DNA of 64,000 nucleotides from an uncultured Bacilli bacterium (GTDB taxonomy: Bacteria; Bacillota_I; Bacilli_A; RF39; UBA660): positions 45,975 to 109,974 of the forward strand of contig CAKOND010000002.1 of assembly GCA_934096945.1 (NCBI GenBank). Direction: 5' to 3'. Every line of letters begins with the position of its first letter. Position 1 is the stretch's first letter. Below, one piece after another: positions 17,335 through 27,303 of this stretch. The position numbers were made by a program, and so were the translations under genes. The notes under the pieces are model-generated. The model ran no database searches. It was not told where the DNA came from and was given only the letters and a program-made list of their open reading frames with translations.

Positions 17335-18852
17335 ATGAATGAAAGAAAGTTTTTAAAAAATGAAGCTAAAAAGTCACTGAAAATTCATTATTTTAGAAAT
17401 ATTATTGTGGCTTTTATTTGCTCTATAATTTTATCCGGCGGTTTATCTTATACAACAAAAAACATTACAGAAGCATCAACTACATTTAATATAGTAAATA
17501 AAATAACAAACAATACTAATTTAGAATTTCCCCGAACTACAACTATAGATTCAGAATTTAATAAATCACTTCAAAGAAAAATTCAGGAAAAATATAGATA
17601 TGGTGTTCTTTCATATCTTGTCAATGAAACATTAAATAATGGTAACATAATGATTACTCTTTTTAATGGTATCAATAAGCTGATACTTGGAAATAAAATT
17701 AGTGCTGGAATAATAATCCTTATAAGTGGTTTATCTTTTTGGATTATAAATTGGCTTTTCTTTAAATCTATTGAAGTTGGTAGAAATCGTTATTTTCTTG
17801 AAAAAAGACGATATTATGAAACGAAGATTGAAAGAGTTTTGTTTCCTTATAAAATGAAAAAGACTTTTCATATAGCTTTTATTTTATTTAACAAATTTGT
17901 TTATCAGGTTTTGTGGTTTTTAACAATTATTGGTGGTTTTATAAAATACTATGAATATCGCATGATACCTTATATTTTAGCCGAAAATCCAAATATTAAA
18001 AGAAAAGACGCTTTCTTATTATCTAAAAAATTAACTAATGGTGAAAAATTCAATTTATTTAAAATGGATTTATCTTTGATTGGCTGGGATTTATTAGGAA
18101 TATTTACTTTTAGAATTAGTGAAATTTTTTATTCTGATGCTTATAAAAATTTGATTTTTAGTGAGTATTATATGAAAATTAGGAACAAATATAATTTAGG
18201 TGATTTAAATGATAGTAATCTTAATATACGGGAACCTATTTATGATGAGTATCCTTATATTAAAAATAAAAAAACAATAAAAATCGATTATAATAAAAAT
18301 TATGATTTTATTACTTATATTTTATTTTTCTTTACATTTGCTTGTTTCGGTTGGGTTTGGGAGGTTTTTTTAGAGTTTATAAAATTAGGGAGATTTGTTA
18401 ATCGTGGTACGATGTATGGCCCTTGGCTTCCAGTTTATGGTTGGGGTGGAGTATTAATTTTACTTTTACTTAAAAAATATCGTGACAAACCTTGGCTTTT
18501 ATTTATTTTAGCTTTTACGTTATGTGGAATAGTTGAATATGGTACTAGTATGTATCTTGAATATGTAAAACATTTGAAATATTGGGATTATAGTGGTTAC
18601 TTTTTAAATGTTAATGGGAGAATATGTCTTGAAGGTTTAATTTTATTTGGTCTAGGTGGTTTTGGATTTACTTATATTTTTGCACCACTTTTAGATACTG
18701 TTTATAAAAAAATTCCTAATTATATTAAAATTGCTATATGTACTATTTTAGTAGTATGCTACTTAGCTGATTTATCCTACACACATAATCATCCCAATAC
18801 AGGCATGGGTATAACGAGAAATTTTTCTATGATATTTCAATTGACTAAGTAA
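17335..18852 (+). CDS. membrane protein: DUF975-like N-terminal half fused to a 'putative ABC-transporter type IV' (PF06541-like) C-terminal half
   Basis: N-terminus RKFLKNEAKKSLKIHYF. C-terminus YGPWLPVYGWGG...EYGTS..LE...WDYS....GRICLEG. Confidence 0.7.
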   Translation: MNERKFLKNEAKKSLKIHYFRNIIVAFICSIILSGGLSYTTKNITEASTTFNIVNKITNNTNLEFPRTTTIDSEFNKSLQRKIQEKYRYGVLSYLVNETLNNGNIMITLFNGINKLILGNKISAGIIILISGLSFWIINWLFFKSIEVGRNRYFLEKRRYYETKIERVLFPYKMKKTFHIAFILFNKFVYQVLWFLTIIGGFIKYYEYRMIPYILAENPNIKRKDAFLLSKKLTNGEKFNLFKMDLSLIGWDLLGIFTFRISEIFYSDAYKNLIFSEYYMKIRNKYNLGDLNDSNLNIREPIYDEYPYIKNKKTIKIDYNKNYDFITYILFFFTFACFGWVWEVFLEFIKLGRFVNRGTMYGPWLPVYGWGGVLILLLLKKYRDKPWLLFILAFTLCGIVEYGTSMYLEYVKHLKYWDYSGYFLNVNGRICLEGLILFGLGGFGFTYIFAPLLDTVYKKIPNYIKIAICTILVVCYLADLSYTHNHPNTGMGITRNFSMIFQLTK

Positions 18853-18894
18853 TGTAAAAAATGTATAATAATTAACACTTTTAGGGGGATGTTT

Positions 18895-20025
18895 ATGCAA
18901 AAAAGAAATTATTTGGAATTACCTAAAGAAAATGGACCAAGATTTTATTATAGAAGTGAACCACTTCAAAAATCTAAAGATGAACTTGAAGAATTTTTAG
19001 AATGGGATAAAAGTATGAATAATTTAGCTTTTGCTAGAAAAATGATGTATTCACATGAACTTAAAGCTAATAATTTAGTTGAAGGTTATGGTGATGATTT
19101 AGAATTAATCGAATCCGTTATTAAAAGAAAAGTTGATACTATTAAAGATATTGAAATTAAACAAAGAATTTTAAATCTTTATCATGGATATTATTATATT
19201 TTACATCATCGAAAAATGGATGCTGAACATCTTCATGAGTTATATCAAATTTTAAGCGAAAATCTTTTATGTGAATATGATAGAGAAAATATGGGACCTT
19301 TATATAGGGAAAGGGCAGTTTATATACTTCAAAATGGTCGTTTAGATTTAGATTTATCTGAAGGTGTATCGTTTAGTGCTATAAATGAGCTTATGTTTCA
19401 TTATTTTGCTTTTGTTAATAAAACCAGCAATTTATCACAAATAGATGAGTATATTAAATCACAAATTATGCATTTTTATTTTGTTTATATTCATCCTTAT
19501 TTTGATGTTAATGGTAGAACAAGTAGAACTATGGCTATGTGGTATTTACTAAAAAAACAAGCTTATCCTTATATAATATTTAATCGTGGCATTAGTTTTA
19601 AAGGTTCTAAATATGATAAAATTATTAAAGATGCTAAAGAAAAATGTGATATTACATATTTTTTAGAAATGATGCTTGATACGTTAAAACTAGAACTAGA
19701 AAAAGAACATATTATGCAAGATATTGCTTCATCAAGTGGATGTAAATTAAATGGAATGGATTTTCAAACTCTTCATTATTTTTTAACAATGAATGGCGCC
19801 AAAACTCTTGCGGATTTTGGAGTTATTTATAATAGATTTAATGATAAAAAGACTACAAATGAAATATACGCGGAAATGATTGAACCTCTTATAGATATGG
19901 AAATTTTTAAGGTTATAAGACAAACTAAAAGAGTAATAGGAAATATTTCAAATGTTGAACTTGAACTTAATCCTACTTTTTTTGAAAATAATGAAAAGTA
20001 TTTATCTAGGATAAAATTAAAATGA
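18895..20025 (+). CDS. Fic/DOC-family protein with non-canonical active-site motif
   Basis: HPYFDVNGRTSR stands in place of HPFx(D/E)GNGRxxR. Confidence 0.75.
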   Translation: MQKRNYLELPKENGPRFYYRSEPLQKSKDELEEFLEWDKSMNNLAFARKMMYSHELKANNLVEGYGDDLELIESVIKRKVDTIKDIEIKQRILNLYHGYYYILHHRKMDAEHLHELYQILSENLLCEYDRENMGPLYRERAVYILQNGRLDLDLSEGVSFSAINELMFHYFAFVNKTSNLSQIDEYIKSQIMHFYFVYIHPYFDVNGRTSRTMAMWYLLKKQAYPYIIFNRGISFKGSKYDKIIKDAKEKCDITYFLEMMLDTLKLELEKEHIMQDIASSSGCKLNGMDFQTLHYFLTMNGAKTLADFGVIYNRFNDKKTTNEIYAEMIEPLIDMEIFKVIRQTKRVIGNISNVELELNPTFFENNEKYLSRIKLK

Positions 20026-20045
20026 GCTTAGATTTTAAACTAAAC

Positions 20046-21011
20046 TCATTTTTCTATGAAATAAGCGTAATATTCTTCAAAAGAAATATTATTTTCATGA
20101 ATATATTTTGCTATTTCTTTTCCTACATATCTAAAGTGCCATGACTCGTAGTTATAACCAGTTACTTTTACTAGTTCTTCAGGATATCTTAGAATAAATC
20201 CAAATCTGTAACAATTATCTTTTAACCATTTGGCGGTTTCAGTGTCTTTGAATGTGTTTTTATTACTGTTTGATTTGCTAAATATATCAAGGGTAAGGCC
20301 GGTTTGATGTTCAGATGAGCCGGGTCTTGCTGCAATGCTATCGGCATATTTTTGTCCTCGAGTATTTTTATAATTATTATATACTATTTCTTGCTCATTA
20401 TATGATCTATATGAAGAACTAACCATTAAGTAATATCCTTGTTCTTCTTTAGCACTATTCCACATTTCTAAAAATGCATCATAAGTTACTTTTCTAGCTT
20501 TTTGACTTCCTTTATCTCCCCATGAGTATGTTTGAGATATTGTTACTAAATCATTTGGTTCATAGTCACTTCCAAGTAGGTAATATTTATTTACTAGCAT
20601 ACTTGTATCTTTGCTTGTATCTGTGTTAAATTCAACTTCATAAAACTTATTATCTAAATGGATATTTATATTTCTAATTATAGTACTTAAATCTAACTTT
20701 TTGTTTTGATTCATATAATCAATGTATTTATAAAAGTTCTTTTTTAAAAAATATTTTTCTTCCATTAACTTTAAGTAATTTTCATTTACTTCATTATTTA
20801 GAAAATAGTTATAATCTTTTTCACTGAAATTATCTAGTATTTTACTTACTTCATCAGCTTTATAACCGTGTTCTAGTAATTTATACTCATATGTTTGATG
20901 ATATTTATATTCTTTATATTTGTAATTACCAAAGATGGTGCCTCCGATTATTAAAATGATTAATATTAAAATGTAGTAAACTCCTTTTTTTATTTTTCTT
21001 CTCTTAGTCAT
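20046..21011 (-). CDS. membrane-anchored M15B (VanY-type) D-alanyl-D-alanine carboxypeptidase
   Basis: SSYRSY, ARPGSSEHQTG and ESWHFRYVG motifs with an N-terminal TM segment. Confidence 0.85.
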   Translation of the reverse strand: MTKRRKIKKGVYYILILIILIIGGTIFGNYKYKEYKYHQTYEYKLLEHGYKADEVSKILDNFSEKDYNYFLNNEVNENYLKLMEEKYFLKKNFYKYIDYMNQNKKLDLSTIIRNINIHLDNKFYEVEFNTDTSKDTSMLVNKYYLLGSDYEPNDLVTISQTYSWGDKGSQKARKVTYDAFLEMWNSAKEEQGYYLMVSSSYRSYNEQEIVYNNYKNTRGQKYADSIAARPGSSEHQTGLTLDIFSKSNSNKNTFKDTETAKWLKDNCYRFGFILRYPEELVKVTGYNYESWHFRYVGKEIAKYIHENNISFEEYYAYFIEK

Positions 21012-21114
21012 TTCGAACCTCCATTTTTATAAATTTATTATAACATTTATTTTAGGTATTTACAAATATTTATAAATGTAGTACACTTAGGTTAACAATA
21101 AAGATGGTGATGGT

Positions 21115-21474
21115 ATGTACACAAATAAACAAATTATTGGTTTATGTCCAAATTTTTATAAAATAATAGAATTTAGCCCTTATGAAGATGATATTATATC
21201 TAAAAAGTTAATTAAACTTTATCAAGAATATATTTTTAGAATTGATATAAATAATCCTGAAGATGTTGAAAGTGTTATTAACCTAGATAAGGTTGTTAGT
21301 AAATATATTGATGATTATTTATTTAGAAAAGAAATGCAAAAACAAATTGTGCAAATTAGAATTAAAAAAGATGCTAAAGATATTTTAAAAGAAATTATTC
21401 GTTCAATTATTAAGATTTTTGATAATTATGAAGAATATACTACGAGAGTTATCTATATTTCAAAGTGGATTTAA
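21115..21474 (+). CDS. hypothetical protein
   Basis: ORF with a GATGGTGA SD. No family recognised. Confidence 0.5.
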   Translation: MYTNKQIIGLCPNFYKIIEFSPYEDDIISKKLIKLYQEYIFRIDINNPEDVESVINLDKVVSKYIDDYLFRKEMQKQIVQIRIKKDAKDILKEIIRSIIKIFDNYEEYTTRVIYISKWI

Positions 21475-21809
21475 AAGGGACGGAGACGTTCTTTTTTTTA
21501 TAAAAAAAGACAACAAATATGTTTTTAAATTTGTTGCTTTCTTTGTTTAATATTATTTGTAGCCTTTTCTACAATATAACAATAAGACTTATAAGCAATT
21601 TCTTGCTTAGATGACTAAACCTTTCGTCTAATTCGAAAGCCTCAGTTTGTTCATCCAGTAACAATATACCACTAGTTCATACAAATGTCAATAAAAAAAT
21701 GAGATAAATTGTTGCTAATTTGTAGAGTGTGGTAATAGTATTTATTATGAAAATCCATCGTATATTTATGCTTGCTACAAAGAAGGAAAAGTATTATAAA
21801 AATAAGAAG

Positions 21810-22043
21810 TTATTTTTTGTTGTTTAAAATTGATTTAGGATAAGGTTTACGTTCATCTGTTCTATATAGCATGTAATCTATGCTAGTATTATAATAATCT
21901 GCTAGATTTCTTAGTATTTCTGTAGGTATGTCGTTTGTTTCAGTTTCATATTGAGAATATCCAGTTTGGCTCATGTTTAGATATTTAGCAACATCTTTTT
22001 GAATTAAGTCTTTGTCTTCACGAAGTTCTTTTAATCTGTTCAT
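21810..22043 (-). CDS. XRE-family HTH transcriptional regulator
   Basis: LKELREDKDLIQKDVAKYLNMSQTGYSQYE is HTH_3-type. Confidence 0.85.
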   Translation of the reverse strand: MNRLKELREDKDLIQKDVAKYLNMSQTGYSQYETETNDIPTEILRNLADYYNTSIDYMLYRTDERKPYPKSILNNKK

Positions 22044-22069
22044 ATTTATATCACCTTTAAAACAATACC

Positions 22070-22143
22070 ATAACTTAAAACAAGTTATTGATTTATAACT
22101 TAAAATAAGTTATAATAGTATTAGATAACCTAAAATAGGTTGT
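22070..22143. promoter_or_regulatory. three 19-nt palindromic operators in the divergent promoter region
   Basis: ATAACTTAAAACAAGTTAT (22070), ATAACTTAAAATAAGTTAT (22095, overlapping TATAAT at 22111) and ATAACCTAAAATAGGTTGT (22125). Confidence 0.65.
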
Positions 22144-22162
22144 ATATAAATGAGGTTACTTT

Positions 22163-23602
22163 ATGAAAAAGAATGTTTTTTTACTATTAATTGGGGTAGT
22201 TTTGGTCTACATTGGTGTGGCAATTTGTAAAACATCTAATATTGAGGATATTATTAATGTCGATACAGAAGCTAGTGTAATTAAACATGAAAATTCATTA
22301 TCAATGATGCTTGAAACAGAAGCAAACTCAGGTAATTATGAGATGACCACAGGAAGTGAATGGCCAACAGAAGGATATGTGTTTAATACAGAACTATCAA
22401 AATGTGAAAATGGTGGAAAATTATCCTGGGATGATACAAATAAAAGAGTTGTTATGAATGGTAATAAATCAGATAAGTGTTATGTATATTTTGACAAATA
22501 TAATCCCATAACTATAAATAATTATTCTATAACATCAAATGGAAATTCAATTACTATAACAATTGATGCAACAGCTGGAACAGGAACGATAGCAAAATAT
22601 TTATATTCAAAAGATAATGGTGTTTCTTATGTGCAAAGTGCAAATAATACATATACTTTTACTGGATTAAATAATGGAACTTATAATATAAAAGCCTATG
22701 TACAAGATTCAAATGGCAAAAATAGTGAAATAATTTCTAAAACAATTGAAATAACTTCAATTATCTTGGCAGATTATGTAAAGTCACTATATACAGGAAC
22801 GCAAGGGGAAAATAATATTTATTATCATGATAGTACACTAACAAATGGAGCAGGTGACAATAGTTATAGATATGCCGGAGCAAATCCAAATAATTATGTA
22901 TGCTTTGGAAGTACAGCAACATCATGTCCAACAGATAACTTGTATAGAATAATTGGAGTATTTGGGGATAAAGTTGGAGAAAATCAAACAGAACAAAGAG
23001 TAAAACTAATCAAATCAACATCTGTAGGAAATAAAGCATGGGATAGTAATAATAAGAATACGTGGTCAACATCAAGTCTAAATACATATTTAAATAATGA
23101 ATTTATAAATATCTTTGATGAAACAACAAAAGGTAATATAGCAGATACAACATGGAAGGTTGGAGGAAATACATGGAAAAATATAGCAGAGCAACCAGCC
23201 AAAACAGCATATCAAAATGAAATAGTAAGTCCAGTAACAACAAATACAACAGATGGTAAAACAGAATATAGTGCGAAGATAGGCTTAATGTATGTAAGTG
23301 ACTATATGTATGCAGCAAGTCCAACATACTGGACATATTCAGGATATAGTTCAAGTGGAGCAACATCAGACTATAGAGCAGCCACAAGATCAAATTGGAT
23401 GTATAAGGGATATACTGAATGGACGATTTCCCCTCGTGCGGCCGTTTCGAACCTTGCGTTCGAAGTGAGCAGCGATGGTTACGTGGGCAGCTACATCGTG
23501 AGTAGCGGCAATACTTTTGTTCGCCCGTCCTTCAATCTTTCATCTTCCATAACCTATGTGTCGGGGAGTGGCAGCGCCGCTGATCCGATTTTGGTAAACT
23601 GA
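22163..23602 (+). CDS. membrane-anchored surface protein: Cys-pair module, FN3-like module and DUF6273-like C-terminal domain; mosaic 3' end
   Basis: N-terminal TM segment; YLYSKDNGVSYVQSANNTYTFTGL FN3-like stretch; C-terminus ...WTISPRAA..V.SDG.V......FVRPSFNL. The last ~60 codons use GC-rich codons. Confidence 0.7.
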   Translation: MKKNVFLLLIGVVLVYIGVAICKTSNIEDIINVDTEASVIKHENSLSMMLETEANSGNYEMTTGSEWPTEGYVFNTELSKCENGGKLSWDDTNKRVVMNGNKSDKCYVYFDKYNPITINNYSITSNGNSITITIDATAGTGTIAKYLYSKDNGVSYVQSANNTYTFTGLNNGTYNIKAYVQDSNGKNSEIISKTIEITSIILADYVKSLYTGTQGENNIYYHDSTLTNGAGDNSYRYAGANPNNYVCFGSTATSCPTDNLYRIIGVFGDKVGENQTEQRVKLIKSTSVGNKAWDSNNKNTWSTSSLNTYLNNEFINIFDETTKGNIADTTWKVGGNTWKNIAEQPAKTAYQNEIVSPVTTNTTDGKTEYSAKIGLMYVSDYMYAASPTYWTYSGYSSSGATSDYRAATRSNWMYKGYTEWTISPRAAVSNLAFEVSSDGYVGSYIVSSGNTFVRPSFNLSSSITYVSGSGSAADPILVN

Positions 23603-23605
23603 TTG

Positions 23606-24417
23606 ACGGACAGTTTTGAAAAAACATCGGTAAAACCTAATAAAAAGAGATAAAACGTTCGACCAGTGTTGAACGATTTGCCTCATTTTTTGAGTTATAA
23701 AGATGCTAAAATTATATAAAAAGTTATAAAAACAACATTTTTACTCATTGTTTCTAATAAAATAGAAATTATTTCACGCAAAAAAAGTTGTAAATGTCAA
23801 TATAAAATGTCATAAATATTTTATAGTTAAAATGTTATATAAATGTTATTATAGAAAGTGATAGAAATGTCAAAGTTAAAACCTTATATGTCATATAGAA
23901 TAAATTTTATTGGTAATCTAATATATTTGGTTATGTTTATGGCTCGATGAAATAGTGTTAAACCAATTTTAAATATTGACATAACTCTTACTTTTCCTTT
24001 ATCTTTATACACTTTATGTGTAACTATTTTTTCATTTTTATAACATTTAGTATTTTTAGAATAATCTGCCCCAATAATAGTTAGAAAAAGTACAACAGTA
24101 CAAGCCATAGTGTACATTGTGTTGTATTCTTTTTCACTTGCATTGTTAATAGCTTCTAAATATAGTCCATTACTTTTAATATTTCTGGAATGATATTTAA
24201 TTGAGTTTTTCGCAAGTTTGAAATATTAATTTTTAAAAATTCACGAATTTCATTTGTAATTTTCTCTTGAGTGTTATATAATTTATTCATGGCAACTCCT
24301 TTTTATTTTTTTGATATTATTATTTTAACATTAGAATTGCCATTTTAAAAGGGTTTAAGAATGATTTGATATAACATAATAGTTATATCAAATTTTTAAT
24401 TTATAAAAACTGTCCGT
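23606..24417 (-). mobile_element. internally deleted IS remnant (transposase N- and C-terminal fragments) bounded by 12-nt inverted repeats
   Basis: ACGGACAGTTTT at 23606..23617 and its reverse complement at 24406..24417. On the minus strand an ATG at 24290 behind AGGAG gives MNKLYNTQEKITNEIREFLKINISNLRKTQLNIIPEILK, then a stop. A second frame continues to ...SIFKIGLTLFHRAIN (ORF 23884..24117). Confidence 0.45.
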
Positions 24418-24478
24418 AGGTAAGAATTCTTGGAGATTAAAAAGAACTAATAATCATATAATTAATAAGGTGAAGCTT

Positions 24479-24724
24479 ATGCATATTAAAGATACCCTTA
24501 TTAATTTTTTATATGATAAAGATTATTTTATATCCATATATGATACATATATTCATGTTTTTAATTGTAAAGATTTAGTTAGTTTAACTAGTAAACTAAT
24601 TGTTTTAAAAATGGAAAAGTTTAGTTTAGAAATAAAAGGTGAAGATTTGTTTATAACTAAGATGATGCCAAATGAAATTCTTATTAAAGGTAGAATAAAG
24701 AATGTAGGTATTACTTATGAATAA
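24479..24724 (+). CDS. yqfC: sporulation protein YqfC
   Basis: YqfC-like sequence in the position ahead of yqfD. ATG 24479 follows AAGGTGA. Confidence 0.8.
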   Translation: MHIKDTLINFLYDKDYFISIYDTYIHVFNCKDLVSLTSKLIVLKMEKFSLEIKGEDLFITKMMPNEILIKGRIKNVGITYE

Positions 24725-25859
24725 AAATATTGTGTGGATAAGTAGTAAATGTGATAATTATTATAGATTGATCAGAAAAATAGAAGAATTATCAATAAAA
24801 ATATATGAAGTTAAATACATAGAAAAGGTTCTTTATTTAAAGGTTACAAAAAAAGATTATGAAAAGATAAGTAAGTATATTATTAGTTATAAATTTAAGA
24901 TTGTAAGAAATACTGGAATAAATAAATTAATTGAAAATATAAAGCAAGAAAAAATATTTGTAATAAGCTTAGCGGTGGGATTACTAGTTTTTCTTTGTTT
25001 AGAAAATTTAATTGTTAAAATAAATATTGTTCATGAAAATAGTAATATTCGGGAGCTTATTAAAGATGAACTTGATAGTTATGGAATAAAGGTTTTAAGT
25101 TTTAAGAAAAGTTATAAAAAACTTGAAGCAATAAAGCAAAATATCCTTGATAAATACCCTGATAAACTTGATTGGATTGAGTTTGAAGTTAAGGGAATGG
25201 TTTTAAGTGTTAAAATAGAAGAAAGAATTATTACTGATACTAATAAAGTTGATAAAGTCTGTGATGTTGTTGCTAAAAAAAGTGGAGTTATTAGTGATAT
25301 TAAGGTAGAAAACGGTGATGTTTTAGTTTTAATAAATGATTATGTAAAGGATGGCGATACCTTAATTAGTGGAGTAGTTAAATATAATGAAGAGGATAAA
25401 AGATATACTTGTGCAGCTGGTGAAGTTTATGCTACGACTTGGTATACAGGTAGTGCAAGTATTCCTTTTAAGTATGATGAATATGAAAAAGAGAAGAAAA
25501 AAAGATATAATTTAGTCTGGGAATATGATGGAACGAAACATGAAATATTTAAAAATAGATTAGATAGTTTTGAAAGTAATTATAAAACTTTACTTAAAGT
25601 GTTTGATTTTGGTTTATATCTTGATAAGCAAGTAAGTGTCAAAAAAATAGAGAAGGAATATAGCGAAGAAGAAGCTTTAAATGTTGGCATAGAAAAGGTA
25701 ATTCAAACTGTAGAAAAAAAATTAACTAAAAAAGATACCATAATTGATAAAAAAGTTTTGAAAAAAGTTAAAAATAATAGTACAATGGATATAGAGGTAT
25801 TTGTGGTTGTTAAAGAACTTATAAGTACTCAAAAAGAAATAGTGATTGAAAAGGATTGA
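24717..25859 (+). CDS. yqfD: sporulation protein YqfD
   Basis: Size, single central TM segment and position match YqfD. Confidence 0.8.
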   Translation: MNKNIVWISSKCDNYYRLIRKIEELSIKIYEVKYIEKVLYLKVTKKDYEKISKYIISYKFKIVRNTGINKLIENIKQEKIFVISLAVGLLVFLCLENLIVKINIVHENSNIRELIKDELDSYGIKVLSFKKSYKKLEAIKQNILDKYPDKLDWIEFEVKGMVLSVKIEERIITDTNKVDKVCDVVAKKSGVISDIKVENGDVLVLINDYVKDGDTLISGVVKYNEEDKRYTCAAGEVYATTWYTGSASIPFKYDEYEKEKKKRYNLVWEYDGTKHEIFKNRLDSFESNYKTLLKVFDFGLYLDKQVSVKKIEKEYSEEEALNVGIEKVIQTVEKKLTKKDTIIDKKVLKKVKNNSTMDIEVFVVVKELISTQKEIVIEKD

Positions 25860-25864
25860 TTAGG

Positions 25865-26482
25865 ATGTTTCTAAATACCATAAGGGCAGTTTTAAATGAT
25901 AATTGGCCAATACTTGTAATATTTATTGTTACTTTAGTTAGTATGAGATTTTTTTATTTAAGAGCTCATAAAGAAAAGGGAGCTTTTTATAAAGAATTTT
26001 TTGGAATACTTTCAATAGTTTATCTATTTTTGTTATTTCAACTTCTTACTAAAGTAGAACTTAATGAGGGTAGTGGTTATAATTTAGTGCCTTTTACAGA
26101 AATATTTAGATATAAAGTTGGTAGTAGTTTATTTATATATAATGTTGTTGGTAATATTTTGGCATTTGTGATTTTTGGTTTAATTGTATCAATGTATATA
26201 AAACCTAAGACAGTTATGGCTCCGTTTATAATATCTTTAGTGGTATCTTCAACAGTTGAATTTGTGCAATTAAATATTGGAAGAAGTTTTGATGTTGATG
26301 ACATAATTTTAAATGTTTTAGGTTGTGTTATTGGTTATCTTCTTTATATTGGACTTGCTGCCATTCATAAACATTTACCAAAAGCATTACAAAAAGAAGG
26401 ATTAATTAACATTATATGTTTGATTTTGATAATAATTATGGTATTATATATACTTAAGGTGATGGGGGTGTTAGCATTTTGA
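25865..26482 (+). CDS. VanZ-family membrane protein
   Basis: NLVPFTEIF...VGNILAFVIFG...DVDDIILNVLG pattern. Confidence 0.7.
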   Translation: MFLNTIRAVLNDNWPILVIFIVTLVSMRFFYLRAHKEKGAFYKEFFGILSIVYLFLLFQLLTKVELNEGSGYNLVPFTEIFRYKVGSSLFIYNVVGNILAFVIFGLIVSMYIKPKTVMAPFIISLVVSSTVEFVQLNIGRSFDVDDIILNVLGCVIGYLLYIGLAAIHKHLPKALQKEGLINIICLILIIIMVLYILKVMGVLAF

Positions 26483-26928
26483 ATCACTATGAAATAATAA
26501 ATGAATTTAATGAAGAAGTAAAATGTGATTATTTACCTAAGATAATTGATAAATGTTTGGAAATGGAACATGTTGAAAATGCAGTATTTACAATAATATT
26601 TATTGATGATGAGAAGATGCATGAACTTAATAAAACTTACAGAGGTATTGATAGAACTACGGATGTTTTATCATTTGCTTATGAAGATAATGAAACTGTA
26701 GAATGTGATATAAGAATGCTTGGAGAAATATTTGTAAGTATTCCTAAAATGAAGGAGCAAGCTAAAGAATATGGACATAGTGAAACAAGAGAACTTTCAT
26801 TTTTAGTAGTTCATGGCATACTTCATTTGCTAGGTTATGATCATACTTTAGGTGAAAAGGAAGAAAAAGAAATGTTTAGTCGTCAGGAGTTGGTATTAAA
26901 TGAGTTTGAAGAAACAAGAAAAGCATAA
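26479..26928 (+). CDS. ybeY: rRNA maturation endoribonuclease YbeY
   Basis: HGILHLLGYDH metal site. TTG start overlaps the upstream stop. Confidence 0.9.
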   Translation: MNHYEIINEFNEEVKCDYLPKIIDKCLEMEHVENAVFTIIFIDDEKMHELNKTYRGIDRTTDVLSFAYEDNETVECDIRMLGEIFVSIPKMKEQAKEYGHSETRELSFLVVHGILHLLGYDHTLGEKEEKEMFSRQELVLNEFEETRKA

Positions 26929-26932
26929 GAAA

Positions 26933-27295
26933 ATGAGTTTTAAAAGATTTTTAAATAGTATTAAATATTCAGTTGATGGTTTAGTTAATGCTTATCAAAA
27001 TGAACAGAGTTTATGGCTTCATGCTATGTGTACAATATTAATTGTAATTTTAGGATTTGCTTTACAAATAAGCTTTATTCAATGGGCAATAATTGTTATA
27101 GCTTTAGTTATAGTTTTAGCAGTTGAACTTTTAAATACTGCGATTGAAGCAACTGTTGATTTAGTTACTAAGGAAATTCATCCACTTGCTAAAGTTGCTA
27201 AAGATTGTGGGAGTGCAGCAGCATTTGTAAGTAGCATTATGGTATTTATTATTTGTTGTTTTATCTTTATTCCTAAGATTATTGCATTATTTTAG
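26933..27295 (+). CDS. dgkA: diacylglycerol/undecaprenol kinase
   Basis: ELLNTAIEATVDL motif and three TM segments. Confidence 0.85.
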   Translation: MSFKRFLNSIKYSVDGLVNAYQNEQSLWLHAMCTILIVILGFALQISFIQWAIIVIALVIVLAVELLNTAIEATVDLVTKEIHPLAKVAKDCGSAAAFVSSIMVFIICCFIFIPKIIALF

Positions 27296-27303
27296 AGGTA
27301 TTT

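Noticed and set aside
21480-21809. A 330-nt ORF-free spacer that might hold a gene remnant or an sRNA.
   Set aside because: I found only two terminator-like hairpins, and no consistent reading frame or recognisable motif on either strand.
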